A DNA stretch of 64,000 nt, taken from positions 1,273 to 65,272 of the forward strand of contig CAYWVO010000015.1 in the NCBI GenBank assembly GCA_964461835.1, read 5' to 3'. Positions 21,401 to 29,407 of the stretch are shown in pieces. How positions within the stretch are numbered: the stretch's first letter is position 1; each line of letters starts with the position of its first letter. Under the pieces are notes generated by a model. That model was not told the DNA's origin. It saw only the letters and a program-made list of their open reading frames with translations, and searched no databases. The translations under genes were made by a program, and so were the position numbers. This DNA comes from an uncultured Ignavibacteria bacterium. Lineage in GTDB: Bacteria > Zixibacteria > MSB-5A5 > WJJR01 > JAJRUJ01.

Positions 21401-23438
21401 AACCCCGGGTGATTGGGAATTCCGGGCCATCCCGGCATCCGATCACTACGAACCGGGCACGGAAGGCGATGTGCTTTGGGATAAGGATGCCAGCAAGCAG
21501 CCGCTCCTGGATGCCACGATTGCCGACGGCACGTGCGAGATTACTTACGACGCCGGCGACGTTACCGCGGTAACGTTTGAAGACAAGTCGTCCGGTGACC
21601 TGGGTCTCGTCCGTGTCGACAAGACCGAAGGTATTGACCCGACCAAGCTTGGCATGCTGGGTATCTATCAGCCACTCAACGAGTGGCAACTGACGACCGA
21701 GAAGGTCGAGATGGCTCAGATGCAGGGTGTGGACGGTGCAATATACCTCGGCAGCTTCAACGACCAGGATATCTGTCTCGGTGGTGTAGGCTCGTTCTTC
21801 GCCTCCTACTACGATTCAGTAACCCTGGTCTCCTATCTGATGATGGCGGACATCACGGTCTCCCGCGTCTATCCGGCGCTGGGTATGCCGGGTACGCTCA
21901 CCAACGACGTAACGGGCGCCTCGGTGATGATCGAGCGTGATGCGGTCAGTGAAGAGCAGGGTGTGGTTATTCTCCCGGCTTGGATGCCGACCATGATGCC
22001 GTCACAGAACGATCTGCTGAATGTCTGGCCGGCCAACGACGATAACTACCTGCCGGCGATCCGCTTCACGGATTGCGGCGGCGAAGTCCTTGCCGGCTTG
22101 AATGAAGGCAAATACGCGAAGATCAAGATTCCGTACAGCACCGACGCTCCGCCGACCGACTCCCTGGCAGTTGCCTGGTGGGACGGCGACGAGTGGCAGG
22201 TGAACGTGGGTATCTTCATGGGTGGCGACGCCGAAGGCTTCGACGCCGAGAACCACACCGTGGAGTTCTACTCGCAGAACCTGTACGGAATCTACGCGGT
22301 CGTATCGAATAAGGCGGCGCACTGTGACGGACCGATTACGATCCAGCAGGCTCCGCACGATCCGATCGCGCCATGGGCGAACTCTTTCACCTATCCGACA
22401 CCGACGTTCAACACGCTGGTCCGCTCGAATATCCACGGCGACAACAACAACATCGATGTGGATTCGCTGCAGACCCACGTGAAGCTCGACGGTATCACGA
22501 TCTATAACAACGGCACGAACGCCAGTGGGTGGATCACAACCTGGGATCCCGTCTCCGGCCTGCTGCAAACTCGCTGGAACGGCGCCCCGGGTCTGGAAGA
22601 AGGCAGGCACACCTACTGGGTGAAGGCGCGCACCTTCCAGGGTTGCGCCAAGACCATGACCGTGACGTTCGAGGTCGACGAGACTCCGCCGGCCATCAAC
22701 TGGACGCACGATTATGTCTGCTATAATCCGGAGTTCAAGATCGTGATCACCGATAACGGCGGCGCTGGGGTGGATTTCGACAACGTCCAGGCTGACGTGT
22801 ACGACTACGATCTGTCACTGGGGACCGAAATCCCGTCCGATAAGCTCGTCTACGAAGAGCACGCGTCGGGCTTCGAGCTCCGTGGCGATACGCTGGTCTT
22901 CTCCTTGACTGCCCATCAGGCGAGACTCCGCCGCTATGTGGTGGTCCTGTGGGACGGCATGAGCGGTGGTCGTTCCACCGGTTGGGACGATGATGATCGT
23001 GATTACCACGATGATGAGAAGTACGTCTACCACAACGACCATGGTGTTCCGGACTGGGTCGGCAACCATGCGACGCCGGTCTTCCGGACGTTCACCGTGG
23101 GTGGACCGTTCTGCGATGGCGAGGAGTATGGTGAAACAGCACGCAACGAGCCGAACCCGTTTGACCCGTGGAATGGCGGTGAAAAAGTCACGAAGATCTA
23201 CCACGGTCGGACGGAAGGCGATGTCACTGTGAAGATCTACGACCTCGCGGGTGAGGAAGTGATCACTCTGAAGCAGAACGCAGCGGTATACGACGTGGGT
23301 GAGTTTGTCCCATGGGACGGTAAGACCGACAATGGTGAATACGTCGCCAGCGGCGTTTACCTCTGCCATATCTCGGGCAGCGGTCAAGAGGGCAGCTTCT
23401 CCGAGGTGATCAAGATCGCGGTGATCAAGAGAGACTAA
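12456..23438 (+). CDS. Giant (~3,660 aa) secreted acidic Cys-rich surface protein with Ig-like/FN3 repeats, a VWA domain and a C-terminal FlgD-Ig/T9SS-type sorting domain
   Basis: Sec signal (MKPFSMKGLAVTAALLLVPLLAAPALG); repeated D.AGN / D.T.P Ig-like signatures; MIDAS motif DYSGS near 20.4 kb; C-terminus PNPF..VKIYDLAGE.V..WDGK...G..VASGVYL..KIAVIK. Confidence 0.85.
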   Translation: MKPFSMKGLAVTAALLLVPLLAAPALGQIYYFYGETDVTVDKPFDVPCRVLNLQPGEPAPTDLVVMAFRIANDSASDRDLDSMVVSSVNSDSGMVDEVYIYRESDAITPASATDFASGSDVLLGTATEFNNGSNNGFDTGDTLSFVDNWTSTTIGAGDTAFFYIVVDVAAGIVGEDRWAGASLGVFLDGDEPALVLDNGSYGPVDAPGVGGDPVDDFENDPNPMAYCETRAMAGWFEVDAGNTDLRLGMIPIDPSPARKYRGREWIHGGSFDKVPLMLIVDNSRSTLPDTLKTMTIRSRVDRASAIESIAIYKEDECTVPTDASTLRTGGSQADDLWAERSGLGDFTWGPGNIRGDAVALTMNAGKGVVPPGEIVYLYIVVDMNAAVIEASQASRENFDRGLVGLALNDTLSSPDPEAMVFGNAGVGPRWSDNGTRIVWENDLTGATGLHDGGSSDNLLIDTGESWDINQWVGWKIYDLDTLTGAVLDSGLVSSNSDTSITAIMLGGTTWEDRHIYRLTNPPGQPFILDTKPPELWCYQTRWVHTDNAADRPGLGDGVIDNQDNLSLYFYVADTGASGIDMTLSGRPRVNISPFQSAGDPAVHVLDSITVNDTLFWATLPALMIDTTYTGSRTDTLAGNLKLQVITKDLAGNTLTDSCTVPYNVDTRRPTFGRDGDSGPEVPLEFKFTPNGDLNGDGWAGIGDTLRITANMGVHWRNWNRDDGLGNEIDSVWADISSWGMAQTLVPLFDPSGDGQNFSGDFVVTQGGLDTLASNDATLISIWALDNADNYANYHELRFAPVGVDSPGIDNQFPPIGANTWTLFSEPAPNPTNNIINIGDVVRFEVEFDTTGGLPYDIDSVYVDLFEAGLGGNHRVDFTPPGSGSTLWRLDTTVLDPRLNNSHDFAQDTVKTDVCPNIPLYAGVRYKIPITIVDDRGNRIVDTVGPPDYPHLNGDSTTLVSVDTKVPEPVLDLVGSARPDGNVGLDWTIPAADTGDGPLTYDIYWDEGAGTTPSEVLATVTEINGPTCMTINSWVSDTTVVDPDLLECGETYRFAVVVRDDANNSSDFSETVEVTTDCDPPEMCVWQPDLDSTKTYSCHGCDFTSDTTYTGLTIYVQPKDSASMDVASIGDVLVRLKDRGGAPGPWTSVGFVDVGADAPHTFALKLNCDSLDAVVGTELVDLVELIIIGVDEAGNKISSEDALAACKSEFNWSTVNTLDGQIFSINDKLPQYKPYCGEVGFEVEGENNVIVVYLNGGTPPYTVRAFADDDTEIEFDNDQIFFMDTVSTDTLTFDSLDVTGWEKGAGRLFVEWCDANGAYASDEVNLCVPDVIAPCARVTNPMDGKCIPVSLSAQDPVPVTVTIDPLENCLDPEDVVKVDFEWSDSCCEGTYWDYFLRPDTVFEAGGDTVSCDTTYFEEGPFAGEIESIECIIEGSDTTVVNWVVDSTLIDCSSDEIWTVFGSQPGDSISFGDVTYWWVNTNDLAGYTTGDNIFIRARVFDEQGNVDTTECVLVCIDTDTPPVCLMTDDLCYGVDDIPRLSGASNTMYAVLDTIAGGITVDDVESMTLWYKKSTDADRYEHWNSLGAGVPATNSTMWRWDNVDVTALTDQVYYDFRVVVTTIWGTVSYDYDGDGQFDHNTFDTTNCDAATWWIDHSAENIWIDTVWTTVEGTQIVQPNTSCTLSDPRGWAWAQYGQDITVQPLVEPIGLDGDIVKVVWTLVEGEGCATCDCEGGFSQEGECDSKVIAINEDANALDMITFNPAEIAQFIDVKNGFQTHVLRVEAFDGCGNSSSDCIELFLLDIQPTEAIIVEPKNHEVFCQDHENEGGGITVTAQTLMADYVEKATFSYRAVGDEEWIAFEEVDASDAVTTTLTAIWYPHALGLDDGSYELKVVAEDASGNEQTNEYIITVHLSCGEPTVAMVYPEAETFIGCPLEVKAEATAPDAFNYITKVEFYFQPVTGGLITKIGEDEYSVDDMYSVAWNPSIDGDYYIWAVATVKSGVSVASDKVWVSGDETAPEVNMVEVGGDRSNGGSGDPTVIPAGTMVDIDVEAWDRLQADGYGPEDNCGLDSVKIYVKSGSTVIFGELTHPVEAEENMFTVQWPTAGLANGTYEVYAVATDSCCNNATSDSWYVSITNPVPPVTLSVDEAAEICEEMRVSGDEITVLVAKDVLADIDSVQIWVNNAQTQSDVYDQYTKVGSDATATNGVYSITVDISLWTESSYRLRAVPWVNGMAADDGNDADTEFDDFTFDPANKPWQMLLWVERTAPVPTFTLENSVISAGSEFEVTVDPSACELCDIDHFEYGVVTQGGVYGTRAEYTTTECEFSFDPVDSGLVTLENCYWGGYVRVLGVDALGNTGAQDVWVDILDVPEGQALVTSPAYGDVIKGEVELMAKWVGEVSDVVFFYSTLADDSDATEIGAADEDGLLLWDTEDEETGVADGEIYLWAQADGTLHEAACARKVKVVNDCVDVYLGSPWPYGECEGDQNIYVGGTFDLKVDSILSVHPIDSVVFAYKTIGAPGAWTDTEDPSQGWVWVGMDRYEAQSWDVSWDASSVPDGHYVVQAFAYVEGKECHSNNLLLYMDNTDPVAMISQVGDDQTPVTCADVTEGADVEITAVATDEESCARWAQFFAGYCGEEAGSGKADITFAIDYSGSMDEEIDRATDAVADFVNSLQVSNIDFTVGLINLLSQEVAQNQTTDVAAFITALENPSGGGGVGSYSVLNDLAFGNKGMNYRSDASKFVILITDTSPESGMASDIEFCDVADPAAEAPLAGALAGAGFTVYAVVEEPTDPSYSGNCAEEDHNAYDQIVSLTGGGFYDLDAEDYSPLFTEIADAIALSLAGQGSQLGGTIWVETVDLSTDDPVAKWNTTGLDPGTYCVWTVVTDAAGNRKTSQVVEVCVYDKTAPVAWIAGFGDATVACPNCEEHRIYGLTCDTDVESMSFQKRPQGSTSDLDWITIGIGNAIDNEKTLWYTEWNPCKTPGDWEFRAIPASDHYEPGTEGDVLWDKDASKQPLLDATIADGTCEITYDAGDVTAVTFEDKSSGDLGLVRVDKTEGIDPTKLGMLGIYQPLNEWQLTTEKVEMAQMQGVDGAIYLGSFNDQDICLGGVGSFFASYYDSVTLVSYLMMADITVSRVYPALGMPGTLTNDVTGASVMIERDAVSEEQGVVILPAWMPTMMPSQNDLLNVWPANDDNYLPAIRFTDCGGEVLAGLNEGKYAKIKIPYSTDAPPTDSLAVAWWDGDEWQVNVGIFMGGDAEGFDAENHTVEFYSQNLYGIYAVVSNKAAHCDGPITIQQAPHDPIAPWANSFTYPTPTFNTLVRSNIHGDNNNIDVDSLQTHVKLDGITIYNNGTNASGWITTWDPVSGLLQTRWNGAPGLEEGRHTYWVKARTFQGCAKTMTVTFEVDETPPAINWTHDYVCYNPEFKIVITDNGGAGVDFDNVQADVYDYDLSLGTEIPSDKLVYEEHASGFELRGDTLVFSLTAHQARLRRYVVVLWDGMSGGRSTGWDDDDRDYHDDEKYVYHNDHGVPDWVGNHATPVFRTFTVGGPFCDGEEYGETARNEPNPFDPWNGGEKVTKIYHGRTEGDVTVKIYDLAGEEVITLKQNAAVYDVGEFVPWDGKTDNGEYVASGVYLCHISGSGQEGSFSEVIKIAVIKRD

Positions 23439-23458
23439 CCCATCTCAGGAAAAACGAA

Positions 23459-23488
23459 CCCGGCGCGGGAATAACGGCCCGCGCCGGG
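23459..23488 (+). other. Perfect 11-bp GC hairpin between the giant gene and the porV-like gene (no U-tract)
   Basis: CCCGGCGCGGG-N8-CCCGCGCCGGG. Confidence 0.7.
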
Positions 23489-23531
23489 ACTGAATAGAGA
23501 AGACGAAGATATGCAAAAGGAGAGAGCCAAA

Positions 23532-24434
23532 ATGACCAGGAAACCGTGGGGAACGATCGCGGTTGTCGTGGGCGTTTTCTCTGCCCTGATGGTGGGAATC
23601 TGCTCAACCGCGGCAGCTGAAGATAACCACGCATTCCCCTTCATGCGCACCGGGGTCGGGGCGCGCGCCTGGGGTATGGGCAACGCCTACGTCGCCGTCG
23701 CCGGCGACGCCAGTTCGCCATTCTTTAATCCGGCAGGATTAAGTCGCCTGGAGAAATGGGGCTTCGCCTCGATGCTCTCCGCCGATATGGCGATTGACCG
23801 GAAACACAACTATGTTGCTGTCGGCGGCAACTTCAATTTCGGCGCCTTGGGCGCCTCGTGGGTGAACTCGGGAATCACTGATATCGAACGCCACGGCGAA
23901 CCCGGCAGTGCGACGTTCGATCATACCGAAAACGTGTTCACGCTAACCTACGCCAACTGCAATGGGAATTTCTATTACGGCGTGAACTTTTTAATCGCCA
24001 ACCGGGATTTGGATGACGTCAGCGAAACCGGGGTTGGTGCGGATATCGGTGTGCAGTTTGATTTCCACGACGAGGCAACCATCGGCGCTTCCGCCCAACA
24101 TTTGGGCGTTACGGTGGGCGATGATGACCTCCCGACGAACTTGCGGATGGGTATCGCGGTGCATCCGGAAATGATGGCGGGATTCACCTTCCCGTTTGAA
24201 GTCCAGAAAACACAGCACCGGGATGACGTCAAGTTCCGTCTGGGCGGTGAATACGCCTACGACTTCGACAATCAGGACTACGGCGCAGCCGTCCGCGCGG
24301 GCGTGGACGACGGCGCGTTCAGCGTGGGTGTGGGCTTGCGGTTCATGAGCTTCTGGCTCGACTATGCCTATGTCGACGAGCAGGAAGATTTCCTGGATGA
24401 GAACCACAAGTTCAGCCTGATTGGTAATTTCTAG
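23532..24434 (+). CDS. PorV/PorQ family outer-membrane beta-barrel (T9SS cargo shuttle-like)
   Basis: Signal peptide, then GVGARAWGMGNAYVAVAGDASSPFFNPAGL, the PorV/FadL-like N-terminal signature; LDYAY..H.FSL; C-terminal Phe. Confidence 0.85.
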   Translation: MTRKPWGTIAVVVGVFSALMVGICSTAAAEDNHAFPFMRTGVGARAWGMGNAYVAVAGDASSPFFNPAGLSRLEKWGFASMLSADMAIDRKHNYVAVGGNFNFGALGASWVNSGITDIERHGEPGSATFDHTENVFTLTYANCNGNFYYGVNFLIANRDLDDVSETGVGADIGVQFDFHDEATIGASAQHLGVTVGDDDLPTNLRMGIAVHPEMMAGFTFPFEVQKTQHRDDVKFRLGGEYAYDFDNQDYGAAVRAGVDDGAFSVGVGLRFMSFWLDYAYVDEQEDFLDENHKFSLIGNF

Positions 24435-24464
24435 CCATCGGCGATTGTTCGGAGCGCATAGACC

Positions 24465-24508
24465 AACCGCCGGCGGGTCCTATATGGTCCGCCGGCGGTT
24501 ATTATTTG
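24465..24508 (+). terminator. Intrinsic terminator after the porV-like gene
   Basis: AACCGCCGGCGG/CCGCCGGCGGTT stem followed by ATTATTTG. Confidence 0.8.
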
Positions 24509-24621
24509 TAGTGCGCAAACAGTAGCATTGCTCCGCATTTTTCTCTCTAATCCATACAATTGCCATCCGTTTTTCTGTCGTATAGAGAATATTTGAACAG
24601 AAAACCCGTAGGGAGGACGGC

Positions 24622-25650
24622 ATGAAACGGCAGAGTTTTGTACACCCGGTTCTGGCGATCGTCGTGTCGCTGGCACTGTACGGTACCGCGGCGGCGGACG
24701 TAACGATCACCCAGAAAATAACTTCTTCGATGATGGGTGGTATGTTCGCGTCGAATGGGACCAGCACTATGATGGTCAGCGGTGACAAACAGCGAACTGA
24801 CACCGAAATGCAAATGGATTTAGGCATTATGTCCGGGCCAATGACGTTTGAAACGATGGTCATTCGCCTCGACAAAGGCGTCACCTGGAGTATTGATCAC
24901 GACAACAAGACGTACACGGAAATTGATTTGACTGCCTTAAATAAACTGCTGGAATCCCAGCAAACCATGACTTCGGGTGAAGATGCCCGGCAAGGGGACA
25001 TGCCCAATTACGAAGATGTCGAAATGGATCCCCCGAAAATCACCGTCGAACGTACCGGCAAGAAAGAAAAAATCGCCGGTCATTCCTGCGAAGAAGTGAT
25101 ACTCAGGATGGTTATGCACGGTAAGGATCGCGAGACCGGTGATACGGGGAGTTTCATCGTGACCGATCAGATGTGGGTTTCGAAAGATTTTCCCGGCTAC
25201 GATGAGATTAAGAATTACGGTGAAAAATCCGCCAGTGCCATGGGTTTTCCGAGGATGGCCACCGGGTCCTATACACAAATGGGCACAATGGGTATTGACA
25301 CCGAGGAATTGTATGACAAGATGAAAGAAATCGACGGATACCCTTTGAAACAGATCATGACGATGAGTATTTCCGGCGAAATTACCACCGGGGGCATGAC
25401 GGCTGAGGAACAGGCCGAACAGAAGGAAGCCATGAAGGAAGCTAAAGACGCGCTCAAAGATCTGGGTGGACTGGGTGGTCTGTTCGGCGGGAAAAAGGAC
25501 AAAGAGGAACCGAAAGCCGAAACTACCGATGAGGATATCGCGGTTGCCGGGACGGTGATGAACGTCACCATCGAAGTCGAGGATATTTCGACGAAAAGTG
25601 TCAACGCCTCGGAGTTCGAGGTTCCGAAAGGGTACAAGAAATCTAATTGA
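24622..25650 (+). CDS. Exported DUF4412-like protein
   Basis: Signal peptide; IRLDKG..W.ID...KTY, TGKKEKIAGH.C, GYPLK, FEVPKGYKK; SD GGAGG. Confidence 0.75.
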   Translation: MKRQSFVHPVLAIVVSLALYGTAAADVTITQKITSSMMGGMFASNGTSTMMVSGDKQRTDTEMQMDLGIMSGPMTFETMVIRLDKGVTWSIDHDNKTYTEIDLTALNKLLESQQTMTSGEDARQGDMPNYEDVEMDPPKITVERTGKKEKIAGHSCEEVILRMVMHGKDRETGDTGSFIVTDQMWVSKDFPGYDEIKNYGEKSASAMGFPRMATGSYTQMGTMGIDTEELYDKMKEIDGYPLKQIMTMSISGEITTGGMTAEEQAEQKEAMKEAKDALKDLGGLGGLFGGKKDKEEPKAETTDEDIAVAGTVMNVTIEVEDISTKSVNASEFEVPKGYKKSN

Positions 25651-25706
25651 CGATCGACAAAATGAACTAGTGGCCGGGCCACGGGGCTTTCCCTATCTTC
25701 AACCGG

Positions 25707-25731
25707 AAAGCCGTGTGGTCCGGCTTTTTTT
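25707..25731 (+). terminator. Intrinsic terminator
   Basis: AAAGCCG-N7-CGGCTTT followed by a T-run. Confidence 0.75.
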
Positions 25732-25824
25732 ATCGACAGCGGTCGACCGCTAACATGAGGAACTGGACACCGGGCACTCCGTACAATACAATAGCATCGA
25801 AATCGGTATCTTACGGGAGGATAA

Positions 25825-26346
25825 ATGCAGCAGAGATATTGGCAACGGCTGTTTCTGCTCATGACCCTGTTGAGCGTCCTGGTGCTGGGTAGTCTCGATT
25901 CCCCATGGGCCCAGACCGGCCAGGCAATAAAACCGCCGGGGGGTGGATTTCCCTGGATTTGGGTCTTAATCGGGTTCGTCATTGTAGCCCTGATCATCGT
26001 CATCATGGCGGCCCGCCGGGGGGCAAAAGCGCTGGATATTCCGGCCCAGGTGGTTATCGTAGACGGAGAGCGGGCTGGTGCCGTCATCCCGCTGGAGAAA
26101 ACGCGCGTGACTATTGGCTCGGAGGATGATAACAATATTGTCCTGACCGATGAGAAAATCGCCAAGCATCATGCTGAGCTGCGCTATGAGAAAGGATCGT
26201 TTTCGGTGGTCGATCTCAATTCACTTTATGGAATATACGTCGACGGGTCCCGAATTGAGATCCAGCCGATCGGCGATGGGGAAACGTTTTCGCTGGCAAA
26301 CTCAGTAAACCTTACGTTGCAAATCGGCGGCGAAAGCGGCTCCTGA
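25825..26346 (+). CDS. Membrane-anchored FHA-domain protein (degenerate phospho-Thr site)
   Basis: Two hydrophobic segments, then VTIG....NIVL....HAELR....VVDLNS..G.YVDG (FHA fold pattern); SD GGAGG. Confidence 0.8.
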   Translation: MQQRYWQRLFLLMTLLSVLVLGSLDSPWAQTGQAIKPPGGGFPWIWVLIGFVIVALIIVIMAARRGAKALDIPAQVVIVDGERAGAVIPLEKTRVTIGSEDDNNIVLTDEKIAKHHAELRYEKGSFSVVDLNSLYGIYVDGSRIEIQPIGDGETFSLANSVNLTLQIGGESGS

Positions 26347-26455
26347 GTATACTGCGAATGCAGAGTCTTGAGCTGTGGGCGGCAACACCAAACTTGGTCC
26401 GCCGCAGGCGGCTTCATTTGGGGTGGATATTGTCCAAAATCCTCGACACAAGTAA

Positions 26456-27919
26456 ATGCCCGAGAAAGATAAAAAGAACGAAACCTCTCAGCGCGACGAT
26501 TTCGAGCCGATTGAAGCGCTGGTGCGCGGAGAAATTTTCCGGGGACCGGAAGAACCTGATGCGGTGCACCCCGACCGTCCACGCCGCACGAGGGGCCGAC
26601 TGGTCACAACCATTATCGGTTTAACCCTGGTTATTGGTGCGGCCGTCATCGTGCTCTTTGTCGTGTTGAGTCAGCCGGATTTTGAATCGTTGCTGCCAAC
26701 GCCACGTTCGGTGGGGACCACGATTCGATCGGTTCCCGGCAGCGCCTCGCTGTATATCAACGACGCCTACTTGGGTAGAACACCACGAACGATATCCTCC
26801 TGGGCCACCGGGGTGAATAGCGTCCGGCTGGAACGAGAGGGCTTTCTCACCGCTGAAACGCTGATAGTCATTGAGAATGATGATTGGCCGGAATTGCCGC
26901 CCTTTGTGTTGTCGAAGCAGGTGTCGATCCGTTCTATTCCACCGGGGGCGGATATTCTTATGGACGGTAAATCGGTGTCGGCTGCCCGAACTGCCGGCAT
27001 TGCACTGCCAGCCACGGACACGGTGGTCATCGAGGCGCAACGGAGTGGTTTTGAGCCGCCTCCACCGCTCACGCTCACGGTGGACGGGCCGGTGCCGCCG
27101 TTTGACTCTACAACCTGGGAAATCGAGGAGGCGCCGGAGGAGGCGCGCATCACCATTACGGCCCGGCTGCTGCGAACAATATCGATCTCCTCACGTCCGC
27201 CCGACGCCATGGTGTATGTGGGGGATACCGACACGGCGGCCGGGACCACTCCCTGCCCGGTGACGCTGCCGCTGGGAACCCACCGCCTGACGGTGCGACA
27301 TCCGGCCTACCTGGAACATAGTTTTGACCTGGAGGTAACAGTCGACTCCCCGGAGCGCATCAGCGCAGTGCTGCGGCGGTATGTCTGGCTGACGGCCACC
27401 GGCAGCGGTGAGGATACCACGGATATCGGGGCCACTATCGAGTGGATTCGCCGCGACGGGCGAGTGGTCAGAGAATTCAAAGATCGGCAGCAAACCCCGT
27501 ATTCCCTCAATTTACCGGCGCTCCCGCATGATCTGTTGTTGACGCATCCGGAGTACGGCGATACCGTCGTGGCGATCCCGGCCGAAGTCAGCCACGTACA
27601 GGTTATCCTGCGGCCGCGAAACCGGCGGGAATCCGCCGACCGTCAGAATGTCCCGAGTACCCTCGAGGAATTCAAATGGGTGCGCTTCCGGGTGCAAGCA
27701 GCGGGTGACCCGGTGTCTCACGCGCAGGTAATCGGGCGGCGGGCGAAATCGAACCGGGAATTCAAATTCGGGATAACCGGGCAGGAAGGGGAGTTGCTGG
27801 CTAAGGTTCCCCCCGGACGGTTCGAATTCTATGCGGTTCGGGGTCGTGATAAATCCAACGTTCGGACCACCAATATCAGCCCCGGACGACGTATCAAGTC
27901 CATAACCTTGCGGTTTTGA
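26456..27919 (+). CDS. Single-pass membrane protein with multiple PEGA domains
   Basis: TM helix near aa 50-72; repeats IRS.P.GA.(L/I/V)Y..G.TP (three copies). Confidence 0.8.
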   Translation: MPEKDKKNETSQRDDFEPIEALVRGEIFRGPEEPDAVHPDRPRRTRGRLVTTIIGLTLVIGAAVIVLFVVLSQPDFESLLPTPRSVGTTIRSVPGSASLYINDAYLGRTPRTISSWATGVNSVRLEREGFLTAETLIVIENDDWPELPPFVLSKQVSIRSIPPGADILMDGKSVSAARTAGIALPATDTVVIEAQRSGFEPPPPLTLTVDGPVPPFDSTTWEIEEAPEEARITITARLLRTISISSRPPDAMVYVGDTDTAAGTTPCPVTLPLGTHRLTVRHPAYLEHSFDLEVTVDSPERISAVLRRYVWLTATGSGEDTTDIGATIEWIRRDGRVVREFKDRQQTPYSLNLPALPHDLLLTHPEYGDTVVAIPAEVSHVQVILRPRNRRESADRQNVPSTLEEFKWVRFRVQAAGDPVSHAQVIGRRAKSNREFKFGITGQEGELLAKVPPGRFEFYAVRGRDKSNVRTTNISPGRRIKSITLRF

Positions 27920-28002
27920 ACTGAGTTAATTCGAGGACGGCATGTACTTTTTGAACAAAATAATGTATATATATCGGTCTAATCGGGGGGGACAGTACGG
28001 GT

Positions 28003-29340
28003 ATGCGCATCAATTTCTTCGGTGATACCGACGTTGGCCAGGTTCGACAGATAAACGAAGACGCCTATCTTCTGCTGCCGGAGGCGGCTGTGTGTGTCGT
28101 CTGTGATGGTATGGGTGGTCATGCGGCCGGAGAAGTAGCCTCCGGAGAGGCCCGTAAGGTCTTTGCCGCATATTTTCACGGTGGATCGGAACAATGGCAG
28201 GAGCAATTGCATTTCGGGCAGGAGGAGCACTGGCCAACCGGCGGGCAACATTTGGTTCGCGCTACCCGGCTGGCCAACCGCAGTATCCACAATATTGCCG
28301 CAGAGAAAGATTCCGCCCGCGGGATGGGTACCACCGTGGTGTCACTGGCCTTCGATCCGGGCATCGTTTCCATCTGTCATGTCGGTGATTCCCGCGCCTA
28401 TCGGCTGCGCGATGGGGCGATGGAGCGGCTCACGGTCGATCATTCCCTGGCGGCGGAGTTGATCGCGCAGAATGAGTTAACTGAAGAAGAATCGAAGCAT
28501 TTCGCCGAACGCAACGTGATCACGCGAGCGCTGGGAACACGTCCGGAAGTGGATGTTGATCTGCGGGTGGAAGAAACAAAGACCGGTGACGTGTTTCTGG
28601 CCTGTTCGGATGGGTTGTGCGGGTTCGTTGAGGACGAGCTGATTAAACAAATCCTCCTGGAGGCAGGGACTGACTATCCGACCGCGATCAAGAATTTGCT
28701 GAATGCCGCTAACGCCACCGGTGGTGAAGACAATATCACGGTGGCGATTGCTCAGGTGGACGATCCCGGGACAGCCGCAGAAGCTGCCGGGCGCGATGCT
28801 CAGACTATTCTGGCAATCGAAGGGCCCGGCGGTGAAATCCTCGATGAGGTACTGCCGGCGATTAAGGCGGTTGAATTGCCGGATGAAGATACGCAAAAGA
28901 TCAATCTTGATTCCGTCGACACAACGCCCCAGGCACAGAAGCCGCCGGCCGGTGGTGGAGGTTCATCGGGACGATTATGGCGCTGGCTGGCGTTGTTAGT
29001 GGTTCTCACGGCCATCATTTTCCTTGGAGGAAAGCAATATCTTTGGTCTGAGCGCAACGGTGACGTCAAATCCGCAAAATCAGACTCTGAGAAACTGATG
29101 GCGGCTGACGACCCCGGAACGGTTTTTTTTGAGCACGTGACAGCGGAAGCAGCGGGAGCAACCGTGTACGTTGATGGAGAATATCGGGGAGTAGCCGGCC
29201 ATTTTGCCGAGTCCGGGCTGTCCCTGCGCCGGGGGCTACGGCACATTCACTGCGTTCTAGATACTACTGTCCTTCACGATACTATTATCCAAATCAGCCG
29301 CGACACGACCATCCTTCCGCTTTCTTTGCAAGCTGATTAG
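28003..29340 (+). CDS. Stp1/IreP-family PP2C Ser/Thr phosphatase with TM helix and PEGA-like external domain
   Basis: TDVGQVRQINED, CDGMGGHAAGEVAS, GMGTT, HVGDSRAY, RNVITRALG, CSDGL, GGEDNIT; TM LALLVVLTAIIFL. Confidence 0.93.
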   Translation: MRINFFGDTDVGQVRQINEDAYLLLPEAAVCVVCDGMGGHAAGEVASGEARKVFAAYFHGGSEQWQEQLHFGQEEHWPTGGQHLVRATRLANRSIHNIAAEKDSARGMGTTVVSLAFDPGIVSICHVGDSRAYRLRDGAMERLTVDHSLAAELIAQNELTEEESKHFAERNVITRALGTRPEVDVDLRVEETKTGDVFLACSDGLCGFVEDELIKQILLEAGTDYPTAIKNLLNAANATGGEDNITVAIAQVDDPGTAAEAAGRDAQTILAIEGPGGEILDEVLPAIKAVELPDEDTQKINLDSVDTTPQAQKPPAGGGGSSGRLWRWLALLVVLTAIIFLGGKQYLWSERNGDVKSAKSDSEKLMAADDPGTVFFEHVTAEAAGATVYVDGEYRGVAGHFAESGLSLRRGLRHIHCVLDTTVLHDTIIQISRDTTILPLSLQAD

Positions 29341-29407
29341 CTTCTACCCATTCTGTCCGGCGGGGTTGATAAAAGGAACAACTCGGACCCCGGTTTATAC
29401 CAGGCTA

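Noticed and set aside
26431-26448. TGTCCAAAAT...GACA upstream of the PEGA gene, similar to the 60.8-kb boxes
   Set aside because: The spacing is N10 rather than N8, it is a single copy, and I saw no -24/-12 element nearby.
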